From NCBI GenBank assembly GCA_951406725.2, contig OX597817.1, positions 153,636,001-153,700,000 on the forward strand: a stretch of DNA of 64,000 nt. The letters run 5' to 3'. Position numbers and translations under genes: made by a program. The notes below the pieces were generated by a model. The model searched no databases and was not told the DNA's origin. It saw only the letters and a program-made list of their open reading frames with translations. This stretch comes from Octopus vulgaris. Its lineage: Eukaryota. Below, one piece after another: positions 26,181-39,240 of this stretch; within the stretch, counting starts at the first letter, position 1, and every line of letters begins with the position of its first letter.

Positions 26181-26657
26181 CTGGGTTCTCGAGGTGGTCA
26201 CTAAGCTCTGTAGTAATTTTGGGAGCTGTACTTTTGTGATCCTTTCTAACAATTCGCGTAAGAGTCCGATGGTCCCTATCTGAAAGTTTTGGTTTTTTAC
26301 CGGAGTTTTGTTTCGACGAGGAGGTTTTCCCTCTTTCTCAAAGACTGTCATTACTTTCGAGACAGTACTTCTTGATACACCAAACATTTCGGCTGCTTTC
26401 TTTACGCTAGCGCCTGTCATAAGAGCACCAACAATTTGACCCCTTTGAAAGTCCGATAGATCTGTCATTTTAATGAATTTTAATTACCTTTTTCTGATGA
26501 TATCTGAAAAGAAACAGCAATTGTAGCAAGACATATTAAGCAACACTAATAATAAATCAAAGAACATAAAAATAAACAAGCTTTTGATGGCTTTATAGAT
26601 ATTTCAAAATTATGATATTATGATGCTAGGTGCTTCCATTATTTTGTCCAACCCCTG
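26178..26657 (-). mobile_element. Tc1-like DNA transposon 5' end (TIR plus transposase N-terminal HTH, frameshifted)
   Basis: TA|caggggttggacaaaataatgg TIR at 26657. ORF MTDLSDFQRGQIVGA...FGVSRSTVSKV continues after a frameshift as SGKKPKLSDRDHRTLTRIV. Confidence 0.85.
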
Positions 26658-26671
26658 TATATACATATGTC

Positions 26672-26724
<53 letters not shown>

Positions 26725-27564
26725 ACGCGCGATACTGTTGTATGTGGGGTATATGGCTGGTTACAGTAGCACATGAAATAATTAATTAATGTGACCAGTG
26801 TAAACAAATTAATTAATTAGAAATGAAGCCGTATATAGGCAACACTCATTCCGACCTAATTACTGCAAGAAATTCAAAGAGATTTGTATTGCTTTATGTC
26901 TGTAGGCATCACATTAGAAACGATAAAGAATTCTTGACATCATGACAAGGTCAACCTTTTGTATGATGAAAGTTCTTATTGATTAAATCGTAAGCATGTG
27001 ACGTTAAATCAAACCCATCTGAACTTCATATCGTAGAGGTCCTATTGTCAGTCATTTACTGTGGTGCGCTATCCTTCCTGCCATAATACATGCACACGCG
27101 CACACACGCGAGCATGTGTATGTGTGAGTGTGTGTGTGTGTGTGGGGGTATGCATTTCTCGCAGCCTGAGAAAGACGGTTCTGCAATTTCTTGCTGAACA
27201 CGCTGCACAAATAATTTGTTTATAGTGATCAAATGTATGTGCTACGCATTAGCTCACTCCCTCACTGATGATGTCGAAGTGATCGCAGAGCAACACCCAA
27301 ACCACCGGGTCATGCGCTCTTATTATATATATATATATAATAACAAATTAATAAATGAAACATATGCATATATACATACATATATGTACGTACCTACATC
27401 TACATGTATATATACATGCATATATGGGTACAGGACACCAAAAAAAAAACGTCGAACACGATGAGAAACGAAAACGTGTGTGTGTGTATGTGTGTGTTGT
27501 AACGACACACGTACTTTTCTCGGACTATTCTTTTCCTTCTCTCCGATCATTTTCCTCTTTCCTT

Positions 27565-27597
27565 TTGCTGACGAAGAGCCATGCTCAAAACGTCACA
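27565..27597 (+). ncRNA. Degenerate minimal hammerhead-like motif
   Basis: CTGACGA-a-gagc-cat-gctc-AAAACGTC (GAAA mutated to AAAA); same stem II as the 17040 motif. Confidence 0.5.
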
Positions 27598-27849
27598 TCC
27601 TCGCATTTTTTAAAATCTTAGACTTTCACTGAGCGTACGATTAATGCGTATTTCGTCAGATTACAGTGCTGAGATGAAAAGAGCTTTTGTATGCAACAGC
27701 GTGGTATTGAGTTCGATCCCAGTGAATAACACATTGAGCTAACGTCTTAAATGCACTTGAGTTGACTTAAGTTTTGCAAGTGAAAGTGAGTGGAAATATT
27801 TTGAGCAGAAAGTAACACTGGTGCGACTAGAAGAGATATTTCTGTCCAA

Positions 27850-28790
27850 AGACAAAGTAAAACAATGCAGCAGTTCAAATTGTTAGGAGTAGAGGATCAT
27901 TAGTGGTAAAACATCAAAGCGAGAGATGATTGCGAGAACGGTGCAGTCAAACCTGAGAGATAGAATCATCACGAGGAACAAGATTAGGTAGCTGTGTGAG
28001 TAAGCCAGTAGTCTCTATTCTTTCTGTATATATGCAATATATTGCCTTCTCTAAACTCTGGAGAGATAGACGTAGGAGTGGCTGTGTGGTAAGTAGCTTG
28101 CTTACCAACCACACGGTCCCGGGTTCAGTCCCACTGCGTGGCACCTTGGGCAAGTGTCTTCTACTATAGCCTCGGGCCGACCAAAGCCTTGTGAGTGGAT
28201 TTGGTAGACGGAAATTGAAAGAGGCCCGTCGTATATATGTATATATATGTATATATATATATGTATGTGTGCGTTTGTGTGTCCTCCCAACATCGATTGA
28301 CAACCGATGCTGGCTTGTTTACGTCCCCGTAACTTAGCAGTTCGGCAAAAGAGACCGATAGAATAAGTACTAGGCTTCCAAAGAATAAGTCCTGGTGTCA
28401 ATTTGCTCGGCTAAAGTCGGTGCTCCAGCATGGCCACAGTCAAATGACTGAAACAAGTAAAAGAGTAAAAGAGTAAAAGAGTAATACAGAGAAAGACACA
28501 GACATTGAAATAACATCATCTTAAGCATCTATTTTATCACATCAGAAACGAGAGCAAATCGGCGAAACTATTCAAGAAGACATTGGATCTATGACGATCT
28601 TCTCACAACGGTGAAGAAATGAAAGCTGATATCGTATGGCCATGTAATAATACTTAACAGCATTGCAAAGAGCATTATTTAAGGAACTGTGACGAGAGTA
28701 AAAGAAGGAAAGACGGATAGAGAACAGTATAGAGGGATAACATCAAAGAATTCAGAGGAAAATCTGTAATGAACAATTAATTTCTGAAAT
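27850..28790 (+). pseudogene. Degenerate RTE-clade LINE, split by a family A SINE (28068-28483)
   Basis: Manual translation gives MQQFKLLG..., YDDLLTTVKK*KLISYGHV and ..DNIKE (cf. RTE KL.WYGHV...W.D.I). Confidence 0.65.
28068..28483 (+). mobile_element. SINE family A
   Basis: Full consensus with (GTAAAAGA)n tail. Confidence 0.92.
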
Positions 28791-28803
28791 ACATAAGACT
28801 GAT

Positions 28804-29192
28804 GGATGGATGGAAGCACTCCGTCGGTTACGACGACGAGGGTTCCGGTTGATACGATCAACGGAACAGCCTGCTCGTGAAATTAACGTGTAAGTGGCTG
28901 AGCACTCCACAGACACGTGTACCCTTAACGTAGTTCTCGGGGATATTCAGCGTGACACAGAGAGTGACAAGGCCGGCCCTTTGAAATACAGGTACAACAG
29001 AAACAGGAAGTAAGAGTGAGAGAAAGTTGTGGTGAAAGAGAACAGCAGGGATCACCACCATTCCCTGCCGGAGCCTTGTGGAGCTTTAGGTGTTTTCGCT
29101 CAGTAAACACTCACAACGCCCGGTCCGGGAATCGAAACCGCACTCCTACGACCGCGAGTCCGCTGCCCTAACCACTGGGCCATTGCGCCTCC
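28804..29192 (-). mobile_element. SINE family C with TSD
   Basis: TSD acataagactgat at 28791-28803 and 29193-29205. Confidence 0.93.
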
Positions 29193-29519
29193 ACATAAGA
29201 CTGATACACAGCATGGCAATACACCGTTTTTTTCAACTTAATCAGGATGTGAAGGATTCAGCAGAAACTCAAGCTTTAATACATCACCTGTTTTAACACT
29301 AATATCTGACCCTTGGATACCTTGAGTGGGGTCAACTCCGTTACAAGCATTTGAACCTTTTTTTCCAGTCTAAGAAAAGCTTTTACTGTGAAAACTGTGT
29401 ACAACTACTGAGTTGTTGTTTTTGTCTCTCTTTATCGTAGCAGTCTCGGAGGCTCCGCAAGGTTATCAGCTTTGATTTTTCTCCGCTGAATAAAATTTAA
29501 AAAGGCAGCTGCTCTTTTT

Positions 29520-29900
29520 TTTATAGTTAGTCAGGAAAAAGAGGTAGTTGTTAAGAACTTTGCAGATCCTTTGTAACTGGAGACATTGATGTGGTTGATG
29601 CTTAGTACAAAAGGTAGAGTGAAGGCATAGCGCATCTGTGGACTAGACATTGAAGTGTTGTGTGTTTTTGCAACTCACTCAGATGAAAGTTGTGTAGAGA
29701 TGCAATCGAGGGTATGTTCGTCTGTGTAGCAGCAGCTCCTTTCCAGATGTGAGAGTAGTATTCCATTGTTATCGTTAGTTGTGCTTTGTAAAGAGTCAAT
29801 TAACTGTTCTGAGCTGAAGCATTTACTGACCTTGAAAGAGCAAGTCTTTGAGATAGAGATAATGAATACGAGATACTTATCAGAAGATATAATTTGTGAT
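29520..29900 (-). pseudogene. Old CR1/L2/Jockey-group LINE RT C-terminal fragment
   Basis: LYKAQLTITMEYYSHIW (cf. LYKAQIRP.MEYCSHIW). Confidence 0.6.
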
Positions 29901-31122
29901 TGTGTGATATAATTGTAGTGACTGCGTGTTGCTCAAGGCTAGAAAGGATGAGACAAGATTGTTTCGTTGAAATTTACAGTTGTATCTCTGTTTTACTGAA
30001 GGAGACAGTATTGTCGCATCTGCACTGGTAAAATATCTAGAGTAGACACACGACACTACTTTTTCCTTTCCAAATCTATTTTCCTACACTTAAAATCGTG
30101 ACCCCGATTTCTGACCCTCTCACACCGCCACGCTCTCGACATGACTTCCACATCGATCTTTCACATAAGTTTTTCATATGTTTACGATCAAAACACCACC
30201 TTCTCAGACGAAAGACAGAACCCCGAAACGTTAGATTCTTAACTCCTTACATTCGAACCTATCAAAATCTAACAACATTACTATTGACTAATGATGGTAG
30301 ACACAGACAACCCCTTCTTTCCTCTGAATTGCAGCGAATCCTACGTCTTAACAATAATTCACTCCGTAACTGCAGCGTTTTGTCTAGATTGTTCTGTTGA
30401 ATATCTCAACTGTGGAACTGAATAAGTTAGTACTAAAATAGTTTAACATATGTTCAAAAGTTGTAATGCATACGACTTCCTTTTCTGATTAGTCTCGATA
30501 CTTTAAAGCAGTTTACTAATGATATTTATTTTATGTGGGAAGTAAGATTGAACTAAAGTAATTTATGCCGTGAAAGCTTAAAATCCCAACCATCAAATTA
30601 TTTTTACCTCTTATTTGAAATTGAATCGTAAATCCTTTGTGAATTCCGTTTGATGGAAAACTATGCATGTTATATATTTTTCTCTTTTTCGTAAGTAGTT
30701 TTTTGTTCAAGAGCTTGCTTCTATATGAATTAATTTGATGAAAACCTCCTGATTCTAGAAGCAAGAACAATTGCATATACCCAGTTAACATGTCGGAGTC
30801 TATTAACATGCAGATGAAACGAGTTTTCATAATGGGTGGTTCGTTTCAGTTTTCTTTCTCAACTTGCAATATTATATACTACTGACGTGATTGGTTGGCA
30901 ATGCTTTTTCGACATCTGGGTAGGATTATAATTCTTTTGAGTTGGGTTTTTATACTATATTATATTGTATTATATTATGTATGTGTGTGCACATATATAT
31001 GTGTGTGTATATGTATATATATATGAATATACATATGTATAAGTCTATATATACACATATATATGCATACATATCTATATAAATTTATATATAAATATAT
31101 ATATATATACATGTTACACACT

Positions 31123-31164
<42 letters not shown>

Positions 31165-33155
31165 GATCAATAAATGGTGGGGTTGTGTTGACCGCACGTG
31201 GAGAAATGATAAGTAAGGACAAATTTTTTTTAAAAATGCAGAATGCTCAAATGAAAGAAAATTTTAATAAAATGAGAAATTGATAAAATATATAAATATA
31301 TATTTATTCAACCGGTTTTCGTCATTGTATGACTTGTCAAGAATATTTATGTTTTAAGAAGTTTTTTTAAAAATTAGAAAGGGGAAAAAAAGAAAATTGC
31401 ATTGTTTTTTGTAAAAGAATAATGATAAAAATGTACAAAAATTAAAAAATAAGTTCTCCGATACATTGTGAGTTCGTTGTGTATCTTGAGTTTTATGGTT
31501 GTTTACGAAAAAAATTACCTTGAGGTGTTAAGATCCAAAGGGATTAAGAGCATGTGTTGTGTTGTGTTGTTAAATTCAGCATGTTTGCAGGACAGGAAGT
31601 AGTAGTAATTGTGGTCCTGGTTCTTCAGTTCCTGTGTTGTGAGTAAGGGGAGACAACTCTTTTGAGTTCTTCAATAAAACCCAAATTATAAAACCATCAT
31701 TTTAGCTTCATTTGCATTATCTTTTTTATATAATTGCTTGTTAACTTAACTTTCAGATTTTAACACTTTATTTATATTATTTTCTAATAATATAAATCTG
31801 CATAGACAATTGCATTTCAAATTGTCATATCATTTATAATAAAAATGATAGTAATAACAACAATAGTAAAAATGATATTTAAAGAATATAAGTTTTAGCT
31901 TGAAGTGATGAATGTATGGTATCTTTATATATTTGTGTTAGTCCATCCATGAAGAGTGAGGTAGAGAAAGGAAGTTTGATCAACGAGGAGTTTGCATATT
32001 AAGTTGTGTTTGGAATTTTTCAATAAAGAGATTCTCCTTGTTAATTCTCTCCTGTGTGGTGATCCCGTCTTTACATTGGTAGAAGGGGAATATATAGAAT
32101 TTGGGGTTTAAGTCTTTAGCACATGAGTCTAAGTGGTCACTCAGTGGAATTTGTCGGTATTCCGGGAGATTTATTTGTTCTTTATGCACCGTTACTCGTT
32201 TACGTAACGGGAGACTCGTTTGTCCAACATAATTATGTTGGCAACCAGCGCATGTGAGAACGTAGATAAGGTTCTCGGAGGAACAGGAGAAGTTAGTCTT
32301 GATTTTAAACTTCGTACCTTGTTTGAAGGTAAATTCAGAGCCTTCAAGTAGAAAGGGGCAGGTACCACAGTTTGAGCGTGCACATTTTTTTACTGTTGGG
32401 GGTGGATGTGGTGTGTGAAGTTTGGCATTTGTCAAGAGTTTTTTAAAGATTTGTGTTGCCTTTTGCATTTGAGGATTTTGTGTGTATTTATAATGTTTTT
32501 CATTTTTGGGTCTGTTGACAGTAGACTGAGGTTTTGTATGATTGTGTTGTATGCTTCGATATTTTTGGGGTTGTGGGTGGAAATGTATGGAAGTATTTTG
32601 AGGTTGTGTGTGGTGTTAGGTTGGGTGGTTTTCAGTGTAGTGTTGTCTAGTTCTTTGGCGCGTTTTATTCCATACTCTATAAGGGTGGAGGGATATTGAC
32701 GTTGTAATAGTGTTTTTTTGAGGTCTTGAAGGCGTATTTCTCGTGTTTTTGGATCCGAGACAATGCTGCATACCCTTTTAGCTAAATTGAAAGGGATATT
32801 TGTCTTGGTGTGTTTTGGGTGGCATGAACTAAAGAGGAGGTATTGTTGTGAGTCTGTAGGTTTGTGGTAGATGTCTGTTATGATTTGGTTCTTAGGTGTT
32901 TTTATAATTAGGAGATCAAGGAATGGGAGATGATGTTTGCTTAATTCCATAGTGAATTGGATGTTGGGATGTATGTTGTTTAGTATGGTTTTGAATTCCA
33001 GGAGTTTTTCATAAGGTTCTTTCCATATGATGAAACAATCATCTAAATACCTTTTCCAGTTTTCCATTAGGTAGGTGTGGAAAACATGTCCAAATTTCTG
33101 GCTTGATATTTCATAGAGTGACAGTTCGAAGTAACCCATTATGAGGTTCGCAAGG
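31165..33155 (-). mobile_element. Penelope-like element: 5'-truncated RT plus GIY-YIG endonuclease (one frameshift) plus pLTR
   Basis: ANLIMG, WKRYLDDCFIIW, LPFLD and YHKPTDSQQYL (32432-33155). CxxxxCxxC linker and NLIYVLTC..C..YVGQT (31980-32468). Hammerhead-like ttc-ttgacaa-gtcatacaatgac-gaaaaccggtt-gaa at ~31307-31343. Confidence 0.92.
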
Positions 33156-33393
33156 AAAATTTTGAAAAGTTCCCCCATGTTCTGAAAAAAATCGATAAAC
33201 TCGACATGGGGTCGAGAATCAGAAACACAAACCACAGACTGTCTAGGGGACGCAACTCGACCTTTTTAACTCTCAAAAAAAAATTTACCATAATTTTTTT
33301 CCCATTTTTTAACTATTTTTTGGCTATAACTCTCTAAAAATGCTTTATAGTTATTTCCTTACAAACCCGAGCAACGCCGGGCGATACTGCTAG
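33155..33393 (+). mobile_element. Non-autonomous Helitron, 3' portion
   Basis: ...ttacaaacccgagcaacgccgggcgatactgCTAG|t, identical to the end of 44052-44350. Confidence 0.88.
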
Positions 33394-33714
33394 TCTAAAT
33401 ATATAAGGAAACACCTAACAGATCAAGTACAAGCAATTTATTACGAATGATTTTAAATACGTTTATTTACCATCTTATAATACAGAAACATGGAAGCGAA
33501 ACCAAGTTAATGAACACAACAGACGTATACTTAAGCGCATACATGAAATACTCTACGTGAATCCAACAAATTTCGGCTAATACATACATACATACATACA
33601 TACATACATACATACATACATACATACATACATGCATACATACATACATATATACATGCATACATACATACACACACATACATTCATACATACATACATA
33701 CATACATACATACA

Positions 33715-33745
<31 letters not shown>

Positions 33746-33869
33746 TCATACAAACATACATACACACATACATGCATACATATATACATGATTCATACAC
33801 ACAAATACATATACACATACATACATACGCACATACATACATGTATATAAATGTGTGTATACATATATA

Positions 33870-34092
33870 CGTTTCTTTACTACCCACAAGGGGCTAAACA
33901 TAGAGGGGACAAACAAGGACAGACACACGGATTAAGTCGATTACATCGACCCCAGTGCGTATCTGGTACTTAATTTATCGACCCCGAAAGGATGAAAGGC
34001 AAAGTCGACCTCGGCGGAATTTGAACTCAGAACGTAGCGACGGGCGAAATACCGCGAAGCACTTCGCCCGGCGTGCTAACGTCTCTGCCAGA
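33870..34092 (-). mobile_element. SINE family B
   Basis: Family consensus. Confidence 0.88.
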
Positions 34093-34498
34093 CACCAACG
34101 TACATATATATAAATGCATGTGTACACATATATACATATGTCTGTGTACTTGTATATATATATATACATATTATATATACATATATACATATATATATAC
34201 ATATATATATGTATTTATATGTATACACATATATATATATATATGTATATATACATTTTTATATATGTGCGTGAGTGTATATATGTATACGTGTGTGTGC
34301 GTGTACATATATATACACATACACATTTATATGCATATGTATGTAGGTATGTTGTATATATATACATATATACATATGTATTTATGTACGTTTGTATGTG
34401 TGTGTATATATATAAATGTATGTATGTAAGTATGTATGTATGTATGTATGTGTCTATGTATGTATGTTTAAAACAAACTATATCACAATAACGGACGT

Positions 34499-34670
34499 CA
34501 AGGGCCGGCCTTGTCACTCTCTGTGTCACGCTGAATATCCCCGAGAACTACGTTAAGGGTGCACGTGTCTGTGGAGTGCTCAGCCACTTACACGTTAATT
34601 TCACGAGCAGGCTGTTCCGTTGATCGGATCAACCGGAACCCTCGTCGTCGTAACCGACGGAGTGCTTCCC
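34499..34670 (+). mobile_element. SINE family C, 3' half
   Basis: gggccggccttgtcactctctgtgtcacgc...gtaaccgacggagtgcttcc. Confidence 0.88.
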
Positions 34671-34759
34671 TTTTAATGAATATAAAATATACATTCCTAC
34701 AAACCGCCTACAAACCGTTCTACACTCTCCATTTACTCACACTGGAACTCAACAGCTCG

Positions 34760-35050
34760 TGTTCAGCAAGCGAAGCGAAGCGCTTTCATGTGTGCATCAA
34801 CGCAAAATTGATTGAGGGAGACGTTTGTGCCGTAACGAAAGTATTGATATCAAAGGTTGCTGTCCTGTAACCTGTATCTATATTTCAAACTACGCTCCAA
34901 CTGAAGTACCCAGATATCCTAGGTGATATGAAAACGGCATAAGCTCCTGTCAATGATATTTTGGTTACAGCTTCCAAGCAGAAGTTAATGTCTGCTCTGA
35001 AATCTTTATCGGAGAGCAACAGCGACTGTGGTTTGCAATCAATTCTGTAC
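34760..35050 (+). pseudogene. Possible Gypsy LTR-retrotransposon RT remnant
   Basis: SIFQ...ILGDMKTA*APVNDILVTAS..L..L...GL loosely fits AP.IFQ...YLDDILV. Confidence 0.4.
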
Positions 35051-35154
35051 AATGACCCAAGTTCGCAGCTCACCTCTGAGGTCGGCAAACGTTTGTTTCG
35101 CTTGATCATAGACTTAGCAAATATCCCCCATCCAGCTCACCTCCCACACCATGT

Positions 35155-35562
35155 ACTCTTTACTCTTTTACTCTTTTACTTGTTTCAGTCATTTGACTGC
35201 GGCCATGCTGGAGCACCGCCTTTAATCGAGCAACTCGACCCCGGGACTTATTCTTTGTAAGCCCAGTACTTATTCTATCGCTCTCTTTTTGCCGAACCGC
35301 TAAGTAACACGGACATAAACACACCGGCATCGGTTGTCAAGCAATGCTAGGGGACAAACACAGACACACAAACATACACACACATACATACATATATACA
35401 TATATACGACGGGCGTCTTTCAGTTTCCGTCTACCAAATCCACTCACAAGGCTTTGGACGGCCCGAGGCTATAGTAGAAGACACTTGCCCAAGGTGCCAT
35501 GCAGTGGGACTGAACCCGGAACCATGTGGCTGATAGACAAGCTACTTACCACACAGCCACTC
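35155..35562 (-). mobile_element. SINE family A
   Basis: Family consensus. Confidence 0.92.
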
Positions 35563-36398
35563 ATTTTTTTTACATTCTTGCACTCCATAATTCCGTGCCC
35601 TTTCTCGGTAAAGTTTTGCAATTAGACACGTCACGCGAGACGGGTGTAACAGTAAACATTAATGTTATATAGTAAAAACGATACAAATTATTGAAGTACT
35701 CTTGTTAACTGATACTTAATACGATAATCTATTAGTAATTCTTGAAACAGGCTATAATGCTGGTGGCATTTCTACGGACAGTCTCAAATGAAAATCACTC
35801 AAGCCACCAAGCAGTTTCTGTCCTCATCACCTTAGGTGGACAGAAGTTGAAGGGTTCCAGGTGCGAGAGGACCAAGACAGTGCCGGTTGATCGATTTAAA
35901 GTAAGTTAGATCCAGATCAGTAGACGATGGTTACTAATTTAAGCACAAGGCCAACAATTTTGAGACGATTAGTCGAAACGCCAGTATTTGATTGAAAGTC
36001 AAACTTGACCTTGGCGGGATTTAGACTTAGAACATAAAGAGCCGGAACAAATAGCGCAAAGCCTTTTTTTTCTGGGACCTCTAACTATTTTGCCAGTTCA
36101 CCGCCTACAAAATAGTAAATAATGTTTCAAATTTTGGCACAAGGCCAGCAATTTCAGGAAAGTGAGTAAGTTTTTTTACATGGATCACAGTGCTCAGCTA
36201 TACTTTATCGAACCTGAAAGGATGAAAGGCAAAATCGACCTCTGCGGAATTTGAACTCAGAACGTAAAGACGGACGAAATGCCGCTAAGCATTTTGTTCG
36301 GCATGCTAATGTTTTTGCCAGTTCACCGCTTTTGAATAGAAAATAATGAGAGATGAAATCACGAATAAATTATGATATTTAATACGTCTTTTGTTCCC

Positions 36399-36800
36399 TA
36401 GGCGCAGGAGTGGCTGTGTGGTAAGTAGCTTGCTAACCAACCACATGGTTCCGGGTTCAGTCCCACTGCGTGGCATCTTGGGCAAGTGTCTTCTGCTATA
36501 GCCCCGGGCCGACCAATGCCTTGTGAGTGGATTTGGTAGACGGAAACTGAAAGAAGCCTGTCGTATATATGTATATATATATGTGTGTGTGTGCATGTAT
36601 GTTTGTGTGTCTGTGTTTGTCCCCTAGCATTGCTTGACAACCGATGCTGGTGTGTTTACGTCCCCGTCACTTAGCGGTTCGGCAAAAGAGACCGATAGAA
36701 TAAGTACTGGGCTTACAAAGAATAAGTTCCGGGGTCGAGTTGCTCGATTAAAGGCGGTGCTCCAGCATGGCCGCAGTCAAATGACTAAAACAAGTAAAAT
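36399..36800 (+). mobile_element. SINE family A
   Basis: Family consensus; inverted relative to the 35155-35562 copy. Confidence 0.92.
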
Positions 36801-37906
36801 AGTATCTTTCCTTTTTTACTTCTTATACATTCATTTATTTTTCTACATATATGGGTGAAAGCATCATTCTATTGTCTAATTTAACACCTCTATCAGTGTG
36901 CAGAAAGTCAAGTTTTTACCAATTTCAATTTAATATTTTTCTTTGGTTATTTTAAACCAACTTTCAAATACAAATTTTCGCTCCAACATTTTATTTTAGA
37001 ATATGAACTCATGAATTCCTTAAAAATTTCATTTTGATACACACTTTCTTCAATGTTTTTTTTTTTAAATCAGTGAGTTCCGTTGCTATAGTAACTCGTA
37101 TCATTTTGACTATTTACGTCACAATGACGGTTAAGATATTGTTTGATGAGAAAATAATTTACAAATGGGAAATCGAGTTCAGAAATGATTACTGGCCAAA
37201 TAGGAATTTGCGTTTGAATAATCTGCACGTATTTCTCTTCAAAACTGAAAAGAGAATGGTAAAGACAATTTTTTAAAAACACTCTAATGATTTAAAAATA
37301 AGTTCTCATTTAATAAATGTATTTCATAACTTAATTAAAATTTCTCATTTGGTTGCTTCAAATTTTTGTGGAAAAAAGCGTAAAGATTTTCAATTTAATT
37401 GTTATTAACCTTAATCAGTGCATTTTCACATTCTTCATTTGCATTTGGGGATTATTCAGAAATTATATTCGCAGTTTTATGAAATTTGTTTATATATGGT
37501 CTGTTGTTTCATTCACACATATTGTTTCTTATTCTGACCATTTGATCGCGGTATCCAGTTTCAACTGGAAGTTTATATTTCATTTAAAAGCAGAGCATAT
37601 CTTTAAATCACTGTTTTGATAGTCGCATATAGTTCTCAAACATTTCCTCTGACATGAATGAGTCATATGCAGCCCTCGAATCTGTGTTCAAATAAAAAGT
37701 GGTATTTCTCCTGCACAGCATAGATCGTAATCTGCTGAAACTATTAACCGTATGAAATGAGACAAGCTTCATATAAAAGGCGTTTAAAGGTGAGAGCCAT
37801 TTGGGATTCCCGAAAAAGCAGGAAAAAAATCAAGTGAAGTTGTGATAAGAATATTTATGAATATAATGCTAACAAAATAAAACGTTATATATTTGGAATG
37901 GAAAAT

Positions 37907-38313
37907 GTCTATTTCTTTACAACCCACAAGGGGCTAAACGCAGAGAGGACAAACAAAGACAGACAAACGGATCAAGTCGATTATATCGACCCCAGTGCGT
38001 AACTGGTACTTATTTAATCGATCCCGAAAGGATGAAAGGCAAAGTCGACCTCGGCGGAATTTGAACTCAGAACGTAGCGACAGACGAAATACCTATTTCT
38101 TTATTACCCACAAATGGCTAAACGCAGAGAGGACAAACAAGGACAGACAAAGGAATTAAGTCGATTACATCGACCCCAGTGCGTAACTGGTACTTAATAT
38201 ATCGACCCCGAAAGGATGAAAGGCAAAGTCAACCTTGGCGGAATTTGAACTCACAACGTAACGACAGACGAAATACCGCAAAACATTTTGCCCGGCGTAC
38301 TAACGTCTCTGCC
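37907..38313 (-). mobile_element. SINE family B tandem dimer
   Basis: Two units with a ~183-bp period. Confidence 0.9.
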
Positions 38314-39049
38314 TTTGGAATGGAAAATATCTTTTGGTAAATAAATATGGGCGGCGAGTTGATAGAAACGTTAGCATGCCGGGCGAAATACTTTCGTCCG
38401 TCTGTACTTTCTAACTTCAATTTCCGCCGAGGCCGACTATACCTTTCATCCTTACGGGATGCACAGAGGTCGATTTAATAGATTTTACTACTCCTGGGTA
38501 TGAGTATAAAAACTGCATCCCTCTGCCAATCCATGTCGAGCCAGTGTGGAAGAGTAGGCTTACCAAACCAGTATGATCTCAAGCTCAAATTCACTGCCCC
38601 CACATCAGATTGTGATTGGTGAAGAGAATATTCTGAGCACTTCGTCCTGCATTGGACTTAACACAGACAACCCAGTCTAATCCAATCCAATCCATAAACA
38701 CGAAATTTAGTATGTAAACCCTAAAACATGATAATATTTAGTAGTATGAAAATTAATTGCATTGATAATACTTCTTGTAGGTAGATATATGAAAACTTGA
38801 AATGTTTGAGCCGCATGTGACTTTTGAACGTTTGATTAATAACTTCCCTCACACGTTTTAATATGGGTCTCTTAGGTGTTCCTCATTGATAAAGGCGCAG
38901 ACGTGTGTGCGTGTTCAGAAATTTGCTTCTCAACTACATTGTCCCGGGTTTAGTTCCACTGCGTGGCACCTTGGACAGGTGTCTTCCACTATAACTTGTT
39001 GACTGAGGCCTCCTTAGTCCCATATAATCTTTAGCTCCATATAGAACAG

Positions 39050-39240
39050 AAGGAGTGAAGATGCAAATATTCCATTCACACTAAACAGACTTCAGTTTCC
39101 ACTTCGACTTGCATATTCAATGACAGTTAATAAGGCTCAAGGCAAACATTTGAAAAAGTTGCAATACATTTGCCTCAACCGGTATTTTCTCATGACCAAT
39201 TATATGTCGCATTTTCAAGAGCACAAGCTATGAACAATAT
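39050..39240 (+). pseudogene. Helitron RepHel PIF1-like helicase fragment
   Basis: DANIPFTLNRLQFPLRLAYSMTVNKAQG/(Q)TFEKVAIHLPQPVFSHDQLYVAFSRA matches the PIF1 C-terminal motifs (QFP...AMTINKSQG...GQLYVALSR); one frameshift. Confidence 0.88.

Noticed and set aside
33156-33235. N-terminus of the 267-aa RT ORF (MVCVSDSRPHVEF...)
   Set aside because: Read-through into adjacent non-PLE (probably Helitron) DNA; Penelope homology starts at about LANLIMG.
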